This document shows positions 50,226-59,985 of a stretch of DNA of 64,000 nucleotides, piece after piece (the stretch's first letter is position 1; every line of letters begins with the position of its first letter). The stretch spans positions 89,541-153,540 of IMG/VR virus record IMGVR_UViG_3300029258_001212. One strand, written 5' to 3'. The notes beneath the pieces are model-generated. The model worked only from the letters and a program-made list of their open reading frames with translations. It did not search any database and was not told the DNA's origin. The position numbers and the translations under genes were made by a program. The stretch is from a virus.

Positions 50226-50962
50226 GGGACGACCTGGAGCGACAGATCACTCGGTTCCTCAACTGGTGGGATGACCACCTCGAGGAGTGTAGGTTCCCGG
50301 AGGGTGACCAGGAGGAGGCGGTCCCAGGGAGCGACTGGGGTGAGTGCGTCTACCCGGTGACCTACCAGGCGGACCAGCGGGCCCTGGTGGCCCAGCTCTG
50401 CGAGGCGGGGTGCTGCACTTCTGCCTTCGAGCTGGACGGCTTGGTGGAGGCTCTCCGCGAGCTGATGGGGCGCGTGGCACCCGAGCCGTTGCCCCCGGAC
50501 AATGATCGGCTATTCCGGCTTTCGGAGGACGATTACAAGGTGTGGGAGGCAGAGTTCGCCAAGGCTAATCCCGACGCATTCCATGAGGACGCCAGGGGCC
50601 CCGGGGACTGGGAGCGTATCAAGGCAGAGCGCCAGGAGCCCCCCGATGGGGCGCGCAGTGCCGGCCAGCTCCCCGGGGAGTCGAATCCGTTTTGGGTGGA
50701 GCTCCTGGGGCACCTGACAAATCGGGAGCGGGTGGTGCTTTGGAACGTGTACCGTCTGTCGTCGCCCCCAGTGAAACATCGGGTCCCGAAGGTGCAGCTT
50801 ACGAGGGAGATGGAGCACTACATGAGCCGGCAGACGTGCGAGCGCGCGGTGCGGATGCTTCGGCGCCGCGGGATGCTCTGGGAGCACGAGGGCCTCATTC
50901 ACCTCACCGAGAGCGGTGCCATCGTGGTCACCAAGATGACAGAGGATTGGAGGACGGGATGA
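50222..50962 (+). CDS. Hypothetical protein with C-terminal wHTH
   Basis: AVR.L.RRG....I.LTE.G. Confidence 0.6.
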   Translation: MRDDLERQITRFLNWWDDHLEECRFPEGDQEEAVPGSDWGECVYPVTYQADQRALVAQLCEAGCCTSAFELDGLVEALRELMGRVAPEPLPPDNDRLFRLSEDDYKVWEAEFAKANPDAFHEDARGPGDWERIKAERQEPPDGARSAGQLPGESNPFWVELLGHLTNRERVVLWNVYRLSSPPVKHRVPKVQLTREMEHYMSRQTCERAVRMLRRRGMLWEHEGLIHLTESGAIVVTKMTEDWRTG

Positions 50963-51246
50963 TCGGATTCGAGTACAGCGAGGTTCCGTACCACAGCCAT
51001 GACTGCGAGGCGTGCGCTTTCCTCGGGTCCGTGGAGATGGCGCCGGGGAAGTGGATCGACTACTACACGTGTCCGAACGGTCCTGGCCGGACGTACATCG
51101 CCAGGTTCGGCTCCGAGGGGCCCGACTACACCAGCATGAATGCGATGATGTTGTCGGACCTGGACATGATTCCAGCGGACCCCCTCCTGGCGATGCTCTG
51201 GCTCCTGTGGTCGCGGGACGATGCGGCGATGAGGCTGGGCAGGTGA
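50959..51246 (+). CDS. Hypothetical protein (paralog of 37738)
   Basis: HDCEACAFLG...DYY.C...YIARFGSEGPDY. Confidence 0.65.
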   Translation: MIGFEYSEVPYHSHDCEACAFLGSVEMAPGKWIDYYTCPNGPGRTYIARFGSEGPDYTSMNAMMLSDLDMIPADPLLAMLWLLWSRDDAAMRLGR

Positions 51247-51455
51247 GCGTGGCGTGCCTGTTCATCGGTGTGGTGCTGGGCGGCCTGGTGGTTCATCTGT
51301 GCCACTGGCTTCGCCAGCGGGAGCACGTGACCGATGAGGGCGACGTGGTTCTTCCGGCCGGGGTGGAGGTACGGGACCGTGAGGGCAGAGTGTTCACGGT
51401 TACCGTTGACCACCACCTCGGGGCGCGGGACACTAGAACACCGGAGGACCGCTAG
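51243..51455 (+). CDS. Small single-TM protein
   Basis: GTGA overlap, N-terminal TM. Confidence 0.55.
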   Translation: MSVACLFIGVVLGGLVVHLCHWLRQREHVTDEGDVVLPAGVEVRDREGRVFTVTVDHHLGARDTRTPEDR

Positions 51456-53519
51456 ATGCTGAAGCGCCAGGACGGCCGTGCCCGAAGTGAAATCATCCCC
51501 GAGGAGGAGCTCGCGCTACTCGAGGAGGAGCTCAAGTCCCTTGACGTGAATGAGCGCGAGGCGCTGATTCGGCTGGTCGAGGAGCACATGGCGGCCGATG
51601 GCGCGGAGGTGGTCCAGGAATTCGCCGCGTTGGACGAGTCCATGTATGACCGTCATTGCGTGGACATTGATACCTTCCTGCGAGACGAGTATTTCCTGGG
51701 GCACATCGGCAAGACGCTGTATCCGTGCTGGCAGAGAGATCTCCGAGAGCTGTTTGCCGGGGACTACCATGAGGCGATCATTTCCGGATCCATCGGGTGC
51801 GGCAAAAACACGTTCGCCTCGGTGGCCCTCTGCTACATGATCTACCAGATGAGCTGCCTGCGAGATCCACAGGCGGTGTTCGGTCTCGAAAAGGGTTCTG
51901 AGATCGCGTTCTGTTGTATTTCGGTGAACGAGAAGCTGGCGCGCCGGGCGGTGTTCGGGGGCATCAAAACGAAGATCATGAGCTCCCGGTATTTCATGGA
52001 CGAGTTTCCATACCGGCCCACCCTGTCCGAGCTCCGTTTTCCGAACAACATCTGGGTGGCGGCGAGCTCCTCGAGCATGAGCTCCGCGCTTTCGCTCAAC
52101 ACGTTCGGCGGGATCTTGGACGAGGTGAATTTCTTTCAGAGCACACCCCCGCGCGTGAGCAAGATCCGCTACGGGGCCAAGCGCCGGGAGCGCCACAGCC
52201 ACGCGGAGACCTTGTACCAGATGATCCTCCGCCGGATGAAGTCTCGCTACAGCCGAAGCGGGAAGCTCCCTGGCGTGCTGATGATGATCAGCTCCAAGTC
52301 CCACACCGATGCGTTCACCGAGCGGCGGATCGCGGCCAGCGCCACGGACCCGAGCATCCTGGTGCGGGAGTACGCATTGTGGGAGGCGAAGCCTGGCCAC
52401 CTGTTTTCCGAGGAGACCTTCAGTGTATTCGTGGGTAACGAGCGCCTACAAAGTCGGCTGATCTCCAGGGATGAGGAGCGCGTCCGGCTACAGGACTGCA
52501 TCGACAACGATCCGGACTACGATGGGTGCCGGATCGTCCAGGTGCCGATTGACTTCAGGCGGGACTTCGAGGAGGACCTGGACAGCGCCCTACAGGACCT
52601 GGCCGGCGTGGCCACCGTGAGCATCAGCCCATTCATTCAACGGCGCGAGACCCTGTACGATGCCATTGACGAGACGCGCGGCCATCCGATGGCCACCCTC
52701 GAGTGGAATCCCCAGACACTGGCAAAGGTGGACTGGCGCCAGCTCACACGGATGTACTCGAGCAAGGACAGCCAGGGCAACGTGAGCCAATTCGAGGGGC
52801 CCATCGTGAACCCGGAGGCCCCGCGGCACCTGCACCTGGACACCTCGCTGAATCATGATGCCACTGGGCTCGCCATCGGCCACGTGGCCGGGACTGTCCA
52901 GGTGGAGCGGCGCGACGATGACGGCGTGGTCTTCGTGGAGGACGCGCCGGAGATCTACATCGACTTCCTGTTGAGGATCGTTCCTCCGCCCGGGGATGAC
53001 ATTATCCTCGCGGACATTAGGACGCTGATCTATTCGTTCATGGACCACGGATACCAGTTCGCCCTGGCCACCACGGACCAGTACCAGTCTGCGGAGATGC
53101 GCCAGTACCTCGAGCTCCAGCGCGGGGTGGAAACGAAGCTCCAATCCATGGACCGGACACTGGACCCCTACATGGAGCTCAGGGCTGCGTTCTACGAGGG
53201 GCGGATGAATATGTACGCCTACGAGCCGTTCCTCCGCGAGATGCAGCGCGTGGTCCATGACAAGGTGCGCCAGAAAGTGGACCACCTCGAGGGCGAGTCC
53301 AAGGACGTTTCCGATGCGGTGGCCGGCGTGGCATTCACGCTGTCCAGGGATCAGGCTCTGATGCCCATTCCGCTCAAGATGGGGATCTCCACCTGGGAGG
53401 ACGTGTCCATGCCAGACGAGTGGCTCCGCAAGGACTACGCTCTGGAAAAGGGGAAGGAAGAGGGACCGGTCAAGCGTGGGCCGGGTCAACACCATTGGCT
53501 GATGCCACTATCGGGATAA
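51456..53519 (+). CDS. terL: Terminase large subunit
   Basis: FL.D.YFLG, GSIGCGKN, GILDEVNF, ISS, HLD.S...DATG, DQYQS, KVDH...SKDVSDA. Confidence 0.9.
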   Translation: MLKRQDGRARSEIIPEEELALLEEELKSLDVNEREALIRLVEEHMAADGAEVVQEFAALDESMYDRHCVDIDTFLRDEYFLGHIGKTLYPCWQRDLRELFAGDYHEAIISGSIGCGKNTFASVALCYMIYQMSCLRDPQAVFGLEKGSEIAFCCISVNEKLARRAVFGGIKTKIMSSRYFMDEFPYRPTLSELRFPNNIWVAASSSSMSSALSLNTFGGILDEVNFFQSTPPRVSKIRYGAKRRERHSHAETLYQMILRRMKSRYSRSGKLPGVLMMISSKSHTDAFTERRIAASATDPSILVREYALWEAKPGHLFSEETFSVFVGNERLQSRLISRDEERVRLQDCIDNDPDYDGCRIVQVPIDFRRDFEEDLDSALQDLAGVATVSISPFIQRRETLYDAIDETRGHPMATLEWNPQTLAKVDWRQLTRMYSSKDSQGNVSQFEGPIVNPEAPRHLHLDTSLNHDATGLAIGHVAGTVQVERRDDDGVVFVEDAPEIYIDFLLRIVPPPGDDIILADIRTLIYSFMDHGYQFALATTDQYQSAEMRQYLELQRGVETKLQSMDRTLDPYMELRAAFYEGRMNMYAYEPFLREMQRVVHDKVRQKVDHLEGESKDVSDAVAGVAFTLSRDQALMPIPLKMGISTWEDVSMPDEWLRKDYALEKGKEEGPVKRGPGQHHWLMPLSG

Positions 53520-53595
53520 CCGCGTGATGCGCGGCTGGTGAGAGCGATGAAAACGATGAGAACACTGGCACCGATTGGAGCGGGGGAGGGGAAAC

Positions 53596-53889
53596 ATGGA
53601 GTCGAAAGAAGTGTCCAGGGCCGACTACTCACGGTTGGCTGTTGCTATGGGCTACATCTGCACCGAGCTCAAGGGGAGGTGCAGCCCGGAAGCATTCCGC
53701 GAGATCTGTGGACTGGTGGGGCGCCTGGCGGGCGAGCGTGGGATGCAGGAGCTACGTCACATTGGATTCGCCTTCAGTGGCCTGTACGATCTGTTCAGAC
53801 CACCGATGGATCCAGGAGGGGTGTTCGATGAGCCGGAGCGACGATCCAGTGGAGATCTACGTGGAGGAAGTGCTGGCCGATACGGATGA
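53596..53889 (+). CDS. Hypothetical protein
   Basis: GGAGG SD. Confidence 0.55.
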   Translation: MESKEVSRADYSRLAVAMGYICTELKGRCSPEAFREICGLVGRLAGERGMQELRHIGFAFSGLYDLFRPPMDPGGVFDEPERRSSGDLRGGSAGRYG

Positions 53890-54031
53890 GGCGATCCTGT
53901 GCCTGGTGGACGGCGACACCGAGGCGTGGATTCCGAGGAGCCAGCTCCTCTACACCGAGGTGGAAGAGGAAGGCGACAGCGGCAACATCGAAATCCCCGA
54001 GTGGCTCGCCATCGACCGGGAGCTGATATGA
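53828..54031 (+). CDS. Small acidic phage protein
   Basis: T..AIL....WIP.SQ....IPEWLA....LI. Confidence 0.7.
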   Translation: MSRSDDPVEIYVEEVLADTDEAILCLVDGDTEAWIPRSQLLYTEVEEEGDSGNIEIPEWLAIDRELI

Positions 54032-54420
54032 GCCATAGGTGGAAAGGAAGGGAGCTCCCACCTCCGCCCAGCGATGATGCTCTGGGCTCACCAGAGCAGC
54101 TCAGGTTTGTCCATGTGGGCACCCTCGAGTGGAGCACCCTGTCCGGAGAGGCATTCGGGCCGGTTTTCGAGGCGGCCAAGGCCGTATTCGAGCAGACCCC
54201 TGGGGCAGTGAGCCGGCTGGACGTGGACGTGAAGTATGGACGCGATGATCTGATCACCCAGTTCCCGGATGGCTCCAGGGGCTTCGGTGAGAGGACGGTT
54301 GTGGAGCTGAATCTGGTGCAGCCACGGCTCCACGTGTACCGCGTACAGCGAGGCGCCCAGGTGCTCGGGCTGGTGTATCTGAACCGGGGCGTCGGGCTCC
54401 TGGGAGGCATCGGTGAGTAG
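54028..54420 (+). CDS. Hypothetical protein
   Basis: ATGA overlap. Confidence 0.55.
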   Translation: MSHRWKGRELPPPPSDDALGSPEQLRFVHVGTLEWSTLSGEAFGPVFEAAKAVFEQTPGAVSRLDVDVKYGRDDLITQFPDGSRGFGERTVVELNLVQPRLHVYRVQRGAQVLGLVYLNRGVGLLGGIGE

Positions 54421-54718
54421 CGACGACGGGCAGCCCATTGTGGTGATCGGCCAACGCGGAAGAGACGGTGGCGTGCGCCTCGAGGGGCGCGACTGGCACA
54501 TGGTTTACCACCAGGGCCGTGGTGACCCGTCTCCGCGGGAGATGGCCCTGAAGGTGGAGTGGCTGGTGATGCGCCATGCCCAGATGCGGATGGAGAGGGC
54601 GGCCGATGAGGCCCGAGAGTGCAGGCGCGAGAGCGAAGCGAAGCGCCAGGCGGACCTGATCGATGCCCTTTTGGAGCACATTGCCAGCGAGCAAGCTGGG
54701 GAAGGGGTGCCCTACTGA
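54413..54718 (+). CDS. Hypothetical protein
   Basis: GGAGG SD. Confidence 0.55.
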   Translation: MSSDDGQPIVVIGQRGRDGGVRLEGRDWHMVYHQGRGDPSPREMALKVEWLVMRHAQMRMERAADEARECRRESEAKRQADLIDALLEHIASEQAGEGVPY

Positions 54719-54843
54719 TGTTCCTGGACGACTTTGTGCTCGAGGTGGTGCGGGTGGCGGTGGGCGCTCCCGAGTGGACAGCTCCAGGGATGTTTCTCCT
54801 GTGGCTCCTGTTGCACCGGGGGCAGGCAGAGAGCGGCGAGTAG
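54718..54843 (+). CDS. Small hydrophobic protein
   Basis: TGATG overlap; MFLDDFVLEV... Confidence 0.4.
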   Translation: MFLDDFVLEVVRVAVGAPEWTAPGMFLLWLLLHRGQAESGE

Positions 54844-54888
54844 ACCGCTATGATGGCCCGGCCCGAGCCGGGATGATTGGAGGCGAAG

Positions 54889-55125
54889 ATGGATCCTGAT
54901 AAGCCACGGCGACAGTCGTGGGAGTACCGCACCGAAGAGTACGCAGCGGAAAACGAGACCAGCTTGGGGATGTGGCTGTCCAGCCGTGGTCGTGAGGGCT
55001 GGGAGCTGGTGACCATGATTCACCATGTGTCCGGCCCGCACCTTTACACGGCCGTGTTCAAGCGCCCTGGGCTCACGCCTCCGGCGAAGCCGGGCAAGCC
55101 GAAGCCCAAGGGAGGCAAGCGATGA
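54889..55125 (+). CDS. DUF4177-like small protein
   Basis: WEY......L...G.EGWELV.....FKRP. Confidence 0.7.
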   Translation: MDPDKPRRQSWEYRTEEYAAENETSLGMWLSSRGREGWELVTMIHHVSGPHLYTAVFKRPGLTPPAKPGKPKPKGGKR

Positions 55126-55544
55126 GCGGACAGAGCCCATTCGAGCGTGCGATGGATCGCGCCATGGAGGAGATTGGCCAGGCGGCCCAGCACGAAGCAA
55201 TGCTCCGTGAGCTCGCGGACCTGATGGATACCCTGTACCAACAGGTGGTCCACATGGCCCTGGCTGGCAGGGCGCTGGCCACGGTGGTGGACGACATGGA
55301 GGCGGATTTCGCTGTCATGAAGGGCCGGGAGCCGCATGGGAACGGTCTCACGGTCGCACGTGCGTTCACTACGGTGTCCAATGGGCTCAACGCCAAGGTG
55401 CTCGAGAAGCTAGAGGACGGCGTGAGGCGCCTCGAGAGTGTGCTCACCGGGGACGAGGACGAGGACCGGGAGGTGCGCGAGTCCTTGTCCGAGCTCCGCG
55501 CCAAGATCGAAGTGGTCAAAGCCAATGAAGTGCCGTCGCTGTAA
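55122..55544 (+). CDS. Hypothetical helical protein
   Basis: GGAGG SD. Confidence 0.6.
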   Translation: MSGQSPFERAMDRAMEEIGQAAQHEAMLRELADLMDTLYQQVVHMALAGRALATVVDDMEADFAVMKGREPHGNGLTVARAFTTVSNGLNAKVLEKLEDGVRRLESVLTGDEDEDREVRESLSELRAKIEVVKANEVPSL

Positions 55545-55833
55545 CGAGCTGCACAGCCACGCTTGGCATCCGCGCGGTCAGCGCGTGGAGGAGCCGTGGG
55601 GCGACCTGGAGTGCGACGACGCGGAGCCAGAGAAGCCTTGGTGGGACGAGGTGGACGACTGCACATTCCACCTGGCTGGGTTTCACGGGCGGCGCGGCGC
55701 ACCGAGTACACCCATGAAGCGCGTGGTGTGCCGGGGCTGTGGCGGGGATCGGTTCCAGGTGGGCTCCGGCGAGTGGGTGACGGCGATTAAGTGCGTCAAC
55801 TGTGGCTGGGAAAGGGTGATCCACGATGGGTAA
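55525..55833 (+). CDS. Zn-ribbon protein
   Basis: CRRC; CRGC..CVNC..IHDG. Confidence 0.6.
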   Translation: MKCRRCNELHSHAWHPRGQRVEEPWGDLECDDAEPEKPWWDEVDDCTFHLAGFHGRRGAPSTPMKRVVCRGCGGDRFQVGSGEWVTAIKCVNCGWERVIHDG

Positions 55834-56188
55834 GACGATGACGGCAGAGGAGCACCGGGCGCGCCACCAGGAGCTCCACAATATGCTGGACGAGCTGGTG
55901 GCGGATTGGCTCGGTGAGACCGGGGGGCTCCCGAGCAAGGCCACGGTGCTCGAGCTGATGCAGTGGTCTGCACAGCAAGCCAAGATGGCCAAGGCGGTGG
56001 GCCAGGAGCAGCCGGTGAGCCGCGGGATCAGTCCAGCCAAGGTGGAGCGGCCCGTCAAGGTGAAGGTGCTCTGCCCGGCGTGTCAGGCGAGCATGGACAC
56101 GGTGCCGGCCAAGACGCTGATCTGTCCGACGTGCCGGACGCTGTTTGCGATGGAGACCGGGGCAGTGCTCGGGAAGGTGCCACTGTGA
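55826..56188 (+). CDS. Hypothetical protein with C-terminal Zn ribbon
   Basis: H..LH..LDELVAD; CPAC..CPTC. Confidence 0.65.
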   Translation: MGKTMTAEEHRARHQELHNMLDELVADWLGETGGLPSKATVLELMQWSAQQAKMAKAVGQEQPVSRGISPAKVERPVKVKVLCPACQASMDTVPAKTLICPTCRTLFAMETGAVLGKVPL

Positions 56189-56625
56189 GCGACCGACAGC
56201 ACGATTCCCATGTGCAGCTCTACATGGTGTACGAGCATGTGCGCCGGTCGGTGGAGCTCGCCACTGACTGGATGGTGGGGCGCCGGAACGACAGGGACTT
56301 GGTGGAGCGGCTCAAGGGTGTGGACTGGGGCAACACGCTCTACCAGATGATGTACGGTGACCGCGAGAAGCCAGATCTTCTGCGGGACGAGGTAACGGTG
56401 GAGGAGTGCCCAGTCCAGGAGGGGCTCTACCATATCACGGTGGCCTTCCCGGAGCTCAAGCTGCCCGACGACAAGATGCTACTGCACACCACCGGGGAAT
56501 GCGGGTGCCCTCAGTCGGTGATCATTGACCGACCCAAGGACTTCGTGGTGATGCGTTTCACTGAAACGGTGCCGGTGGGGCTGGCGCCAGATGAAGGGAG
56601 CGAAGATGGAACAGACGAAAGCTGA
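56185..56625 (+). CDS. Hypothetical protein
   Basis: GTGA overlap. Confidence 0.6.
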   Translation: MSDRQHDSHVQLYMVYEHVRRSVELATDWMVGRRNDRDLVERLKGVDWGNTLYQMMYGDREKPDLLRDEVTVEECPVQEGLYHITVAFPELKLPDDKMLLHTTGECGCPQSVIIDRPKDFVVMRFTETVPVGLAPDEGSEDGTDES

Positions 56626-57169
56626 TCTGAGACGGCTGGCGAGAAACCTGGCCGGCAATGCCCATGGTGAGCTGATGCGCCTCGGGGAGGTGCTTCGGGC
56701 GATTCGCGGTGGCCAATTCCACTACGAGTGGGGTTGGGACACCTGGGCGGACTACGTGGAGAACGAGGTGGGGCTCACGGCCGGGATCACCTATGAGCTG
56801 ATGGCCATCGCTCGGTGGTCGAGTGACCAGCGGCTCCTGAAGGCCCAACGCGAGGCCCTGGCTCGACTGGGGCGATGCAAGGCGGCGATCTTGGCCCGGA
56901 TGGGCCCGCGCCGTGAGAGCGCGGACTACTGGCTGCGGTGGGCGCGGGGGCACACCGTGTCGGAGTTGCGAGCTCGCGCTTACGGTGAGTCCATGGAGAC
57001 GGCACCCAAGACGGTGGCATTCTGGATGGATGGACGCCAGCGCCGGGTGCTCATCAGGGCGATGAACCGGGCGAAGCGCGAGGTGGGTGAGGAGTACCAC
57101 GGGGAGCTCCTGGCGACGATATGCCAGGGCTACCTGGCGAAGATCAAGGCGGCAAGGAAGGCCGGGTAA
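56606..57169 (+). CDS. Hypothetical DNA-binding protein (paralog of 35061)
   Basis: LGEVL...WGWDTWADYVENEVG. Confidence 0.7.
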   Translation: MEQTKADLRRLARNLAGNAHGELMRLGEVLRAIRGGQFHYEWGWDTWADYVENEVGLTAGITYELMAIARWSSDQRLLKAQREALARLGRCKAAILARMGPRRESADYWLRWARGHTVSELRARAYGESMETAPKTVAFWMDGRQRRVLIRAMNRAKREVGEEYHGELLATICQGYLAKIKAARKAG

Positions 57170-57534
57170 TGCACGCCTGGGTGGTACAGGAATTCGAGCG
57201 CCGGGTGACGGTGGAGCTAGAGCGGATAGTCCAGACGCGGCCGGCGGCTGACCATGAGGCCGAAGGGATGCTCCAAGCGGTGCTCCGTAGTGTCCTGATC
57301 GGGCTCGCCAGGGACCTTAACGCGGACTGTGGGCGCATCATGCAACGCTACAGTTTCCGGATTGAGGGACTCGGCTCCAACCTGTGCCCCACGTGCTTCT
57401 ACCAGATGCCTCACAGCGGCACCGTTCATATCACCTTGGTGGACGCCAAGGCGCACTTGCACCCCGATGACAAGCTCTGGGAGGATCGGGAGTGCTGGGG
57501 TCCAGAGGTGCAATACCGTGGAGGGTACTGGTGA
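57169..57534 (+). CDS. Hypothetical protein
   Basis: TAATG overlap. Confidence 0.55.
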   Translation: MHAWVVQEFERRVTVELERIVQTRPAADHEAEGMLQAVLRSVLIGLARDLNADCGRIMQRYSFRIEGLGSNLCPTCFYQMPHSGTVHITLVDAKAHLHPDDKLWEDRECWGPEVQYRGGYW

Positions 57535-57546
57535 TACAATCTCGGC

Positions 57547-57813
57547 ATGACTACCAAGCGAACCTCCAACGGCTACTTGCGGCTGATGTGCGTGGAGGAT
57601 GTACTGCGGCTCCTCGAGGAGCACCCGGTGATCGATCTGGTGCGGTACAACTACATGCCGGAGACCAGGGGCTACTACTGCGTGTTTTGGTCGGGCGAGG
57701 AGGGGTGCGGGTACGGCGGGATCCATCTATCGAAGGCTCAGTTCCACGAGCTTCAGAGGCGCACCGAGGGGCGCCTACGCTTTGTGCTTTGGACTGGGCG
57801 CGGCGTGACATGA
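57547..57813 (+). CDS. Hypothetical protein (possibly leaderless)
   Basis: TGaTACAAT 6 nt before ATG, no SD. Confidence 0.55.
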   Translation: MTTKRTSNGYLRLMCVEDVLRLLEEHPVIDLVRYNYMPETRGYYCVFWSGEEGCGYGGIHLSKAQFHELQRRTEGRLRFVLWTGRGVT

Positions 57814-57820
57814 GGAGACC

Positions 57821-58540
57821 ATGACGATTCTCGAGGAGCTACCGCTTCACTTCACTCCGGTGATGGCCCTTGCGGCGGCCGTGGGCAACAAGACGGAAAC
57901 GCGCCGGGTGATCACCAGCGCCAATTCCCTTTTCGATGGAGCTCCGGCGGCGAAGTACGCCTGGGGCGAGCTGCACTGGGATGAGGCGTGGATCGATCCT
58001 GGCCCGTCACCAGTCGGGAATCCGGGCCCATACCTGAAGGTGCCACGGACTTGGGAGTGGGATGGCAGCGGCGAGCGTACCGTCCACCGAATTTATCCGC
58101 GCTACCAGGTGGGCGTGAAGCTGTGGGTGCGTGAGAATTGGTGGACGGCGGCGAGGCATGATCGCCTGTCCCCGAGTAACCTGCCCCCGGATGCGCCGAT
58201 CTGGTACGAGCGCAACTGGGTGGACGCGGACCTTCGGCTCGAGCTCTGGGGGCGCAAACGGCCGAACATTCACCTCCCCAGGCGCTTCTGCGGGATGGAG
58301 CTCGAGGTGGTGTCATGCCAGCCCGAGCGTGTCCAGGAGATCACCGAGCAAGGGTGCCTGGCGGAGGGGACCGGGTGCGCCAGGATTCAGCACGCCAGGG
58401 ACCCGAGCCGTGGCCCCCTCATCGACGGATTCGCCAACCTGTGGGACCGGATCAACCTGGGCCGCGGGTACGGCTGGGATACCAATCCATGGGTGTGGAA
58501 AATTCGCTTCAAGCTCTTGAGTGCTGTTGACGCACGTTGA
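57821..58540 (+). CDS. ASCH/PUA-like phage protein
   Basis: F...M..A...G.KTETRR, LWVRE, P.IHLPR, ER.Q.IT....AEG, W..NPWVW. Confidence 0.8.
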   Translation: MTILEELPLHFTPVMALAAAVGNKTETRRVITSANSLFDGAPAAKYAWGELHWDEAWIDPGPSPVGNPGPYLKVPRTWEWDGSGERTVHRIYPRYQVGVKLWVRENWWTAARHDRLSPSNLPPDAPIWYERNWVDADLRLELWGRKRPNIHLPRRFCGMELEVVSCQPERVQEITEQGCLAEGTGCARIQHARDPSRGPLIDGFANLWDRINLGRGYGWDTNPWVWKIRFKLLSAVDAR

Positions 58541-58560
58541 TTTGGGTTATTGTTTGGGTT

Positions 58561-59019
58561 ATGAGAGCACGAAAATCAAGGACCAGAAAAGGTGTTGAGC
58601 AATGGAAATGCTCTGCGTGCGGACGATGGAAAGATTCGTCTGGGTTTTACTCTGATTCTCGCACGCCAAACGGACTCAAAAGTCAGTGCAAGAAGTGTCA
58701 TACCAGAGCATCAATTCGCACAAGGGACGAATCTAGGCACAGAAGAGACAATCGGCGCTACATGCGGCGCGCAAGGGAGGAAAACCCTGATTTATTTAGA
58801 GAGCGTGCGGCGAAAAGAAGGCCAGGTGACGCGGTGAAGGTGAAGGCAAGGCGTGATCTGAATTCGGCTGTGAAAAGGGGTGTTCTGCAAAAGCCTGAAT
58901 CTTGCTCAAGGTGTTGTGAGGAGAAAAAGGTGACTGCTCATCATGATGATTACAGCAAGCCGCTAGAGGTTAGATGGTTGTGCTATCTGTGTCATGCAGA
59001 GGTGGAGCGAGGCGAATGA
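58561..59019 (+). CDS. HNH endonuclease-like protein (lower GC)
   Basis: CSAC..CKKC; C..C...AHHDDYSKPLEVRWLC..CH. Confidence 0.8.
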   Translation: MRARKSRTRKGVEQWKCSACGRWKDSSGFYSDSRTPNGLKSQCKKCHTRASIRTRDESRHRRDNRRYMRRAREENPDLFRERAAKRRPGDAVKVKARRDLNSAVKRGVLQKPESCSRCCEEKKVTAHHDDYSKPLEVRWLCYLCHAEVERGE

Positions 59020-59171
59020 CCCTGTGGGACTTCCTTCACCAGCATCCCGTCTGGGGACTGGTCTACCTGGTGATCAGTGTCCTGGGTGCGTCCCTTGCGC
59101 TGTCCACCATCAGCGCAGCGGTCCGGCGCCACGGTGAAAAGGACGAGGACGAGGATGGAGATCTTGGCTGA
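59016..59171 (+). CDS. Small single-TM protein
   Basis: MTLWDFLHQHP then TM. Confidence 0.55.
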   Translation: MTLWDFLHQHPVWGLVYLVISVLGASLALSTISAAVRRHGEKDEDEDGDLG

Positions 59172-59361
59172 CTTCGGCGGCAAGGTGTACCACCTGGTCA
59201 GGGTGGCCAGCGAGGGCGACGTGACCATCTGTGGTATCCCATTGAACACGGCGAACGGCACCACGGCCAGTGGTCAACAGGTGCCGTGGATCGTGCGCCG
59301 CAAGCCGTCCAAGCGCCTCTGCAAGTGCTGTTCAAAACAGCCAAGGAGCACCGAATCTTGA
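59155..59361 (+). CDS. Small Zn-binding protein
   Basis: H...TICG...CKCC. Confidence 0.55.
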   Translation: MEILADFGGKVYHLVRVASEGDVTICGIPLNTANGTTASGQQVPWIVRRKPSKRLCKCCSKQPRSTES

Positions 59362-59387
59362 CGCGCGCAAAGCCTTTCGCTTATATT
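59358..59387 (+). promoter_or_regulatory. Sigma70 promoter
   Basis: TTGACG-18 bp-TATATT in intergenic gap. Confidence 0.55.
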
Positions 59388-59421
59388 CGCTTATGGCCCC
59401 CTTGCGGGCCAGATGGAGGGT

Positions 59422-59985
59422 ATGATGTTTGACGATTGGACCCCCTCCGATCCCATTGCCGAGCTGGGCGGGAGCGTGCTTCCCCAGTGGGTGTCAGAGG
59501 ACGGAACACACGAGCCAGGGAAGCTGGAACACGCCACCGTGGTGAGCCGCATGAGCGCGGGCCAGGATGAGGACGAGGGGATGCCTCGCCAGCTCGAGCT
59601 GGTGCGGAAGTGGGCGAAGCATGGCATCGAAGCCAGGCGCACCTACGTGCAGCTCACGGACGCAGAGACCGATGCCCTCACCATGCTGTGGCGACTGGTC
59701 TATCCGAAGCCCGGGGATGAGCGTGAGCCGTTTGCCACGCCGGACGAGGGTGAGTGGGAGTACCCGGCCCAGGTGTATCGACACGTGAAGGGGCTCCTCG
59801 AGGAGTACACGGCCCTGATGGACGCCATCCGGGTGGAGCTCCGTGCGATGGGCGCGGCGGCTCCACCGGAGCTGGTGGCTCTGGTGGGCACCAATGACCG
59901 TGAGGCCCTCCGGGGCATTCGAGACCGAATCAGCCAAGCGCGGGCGCGGGGGCGCGAGCGCACGAAGAAAGTGAGGGAGCAATGA
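59422..59985 (+). CDS. Hypothetical protein
   Basis: GGAGG SD. Confidence 0.65.
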   Translation: MMFDDWTPSDPIAELGGSVLPQWVSEDGTHEPGKLEHATVVSRMSAGQDEDEGMPRQLELVRKWAKHGIEARRTYVQLTDAETDALTMLWRLVYPKPGDEREPFATPDEGEWEYPAQVYRHVKGLLEEYTALMDAIRVELRAMGAAAPPELVALVGTNDREALRGIRDRISQARARGRERTKKVREQ

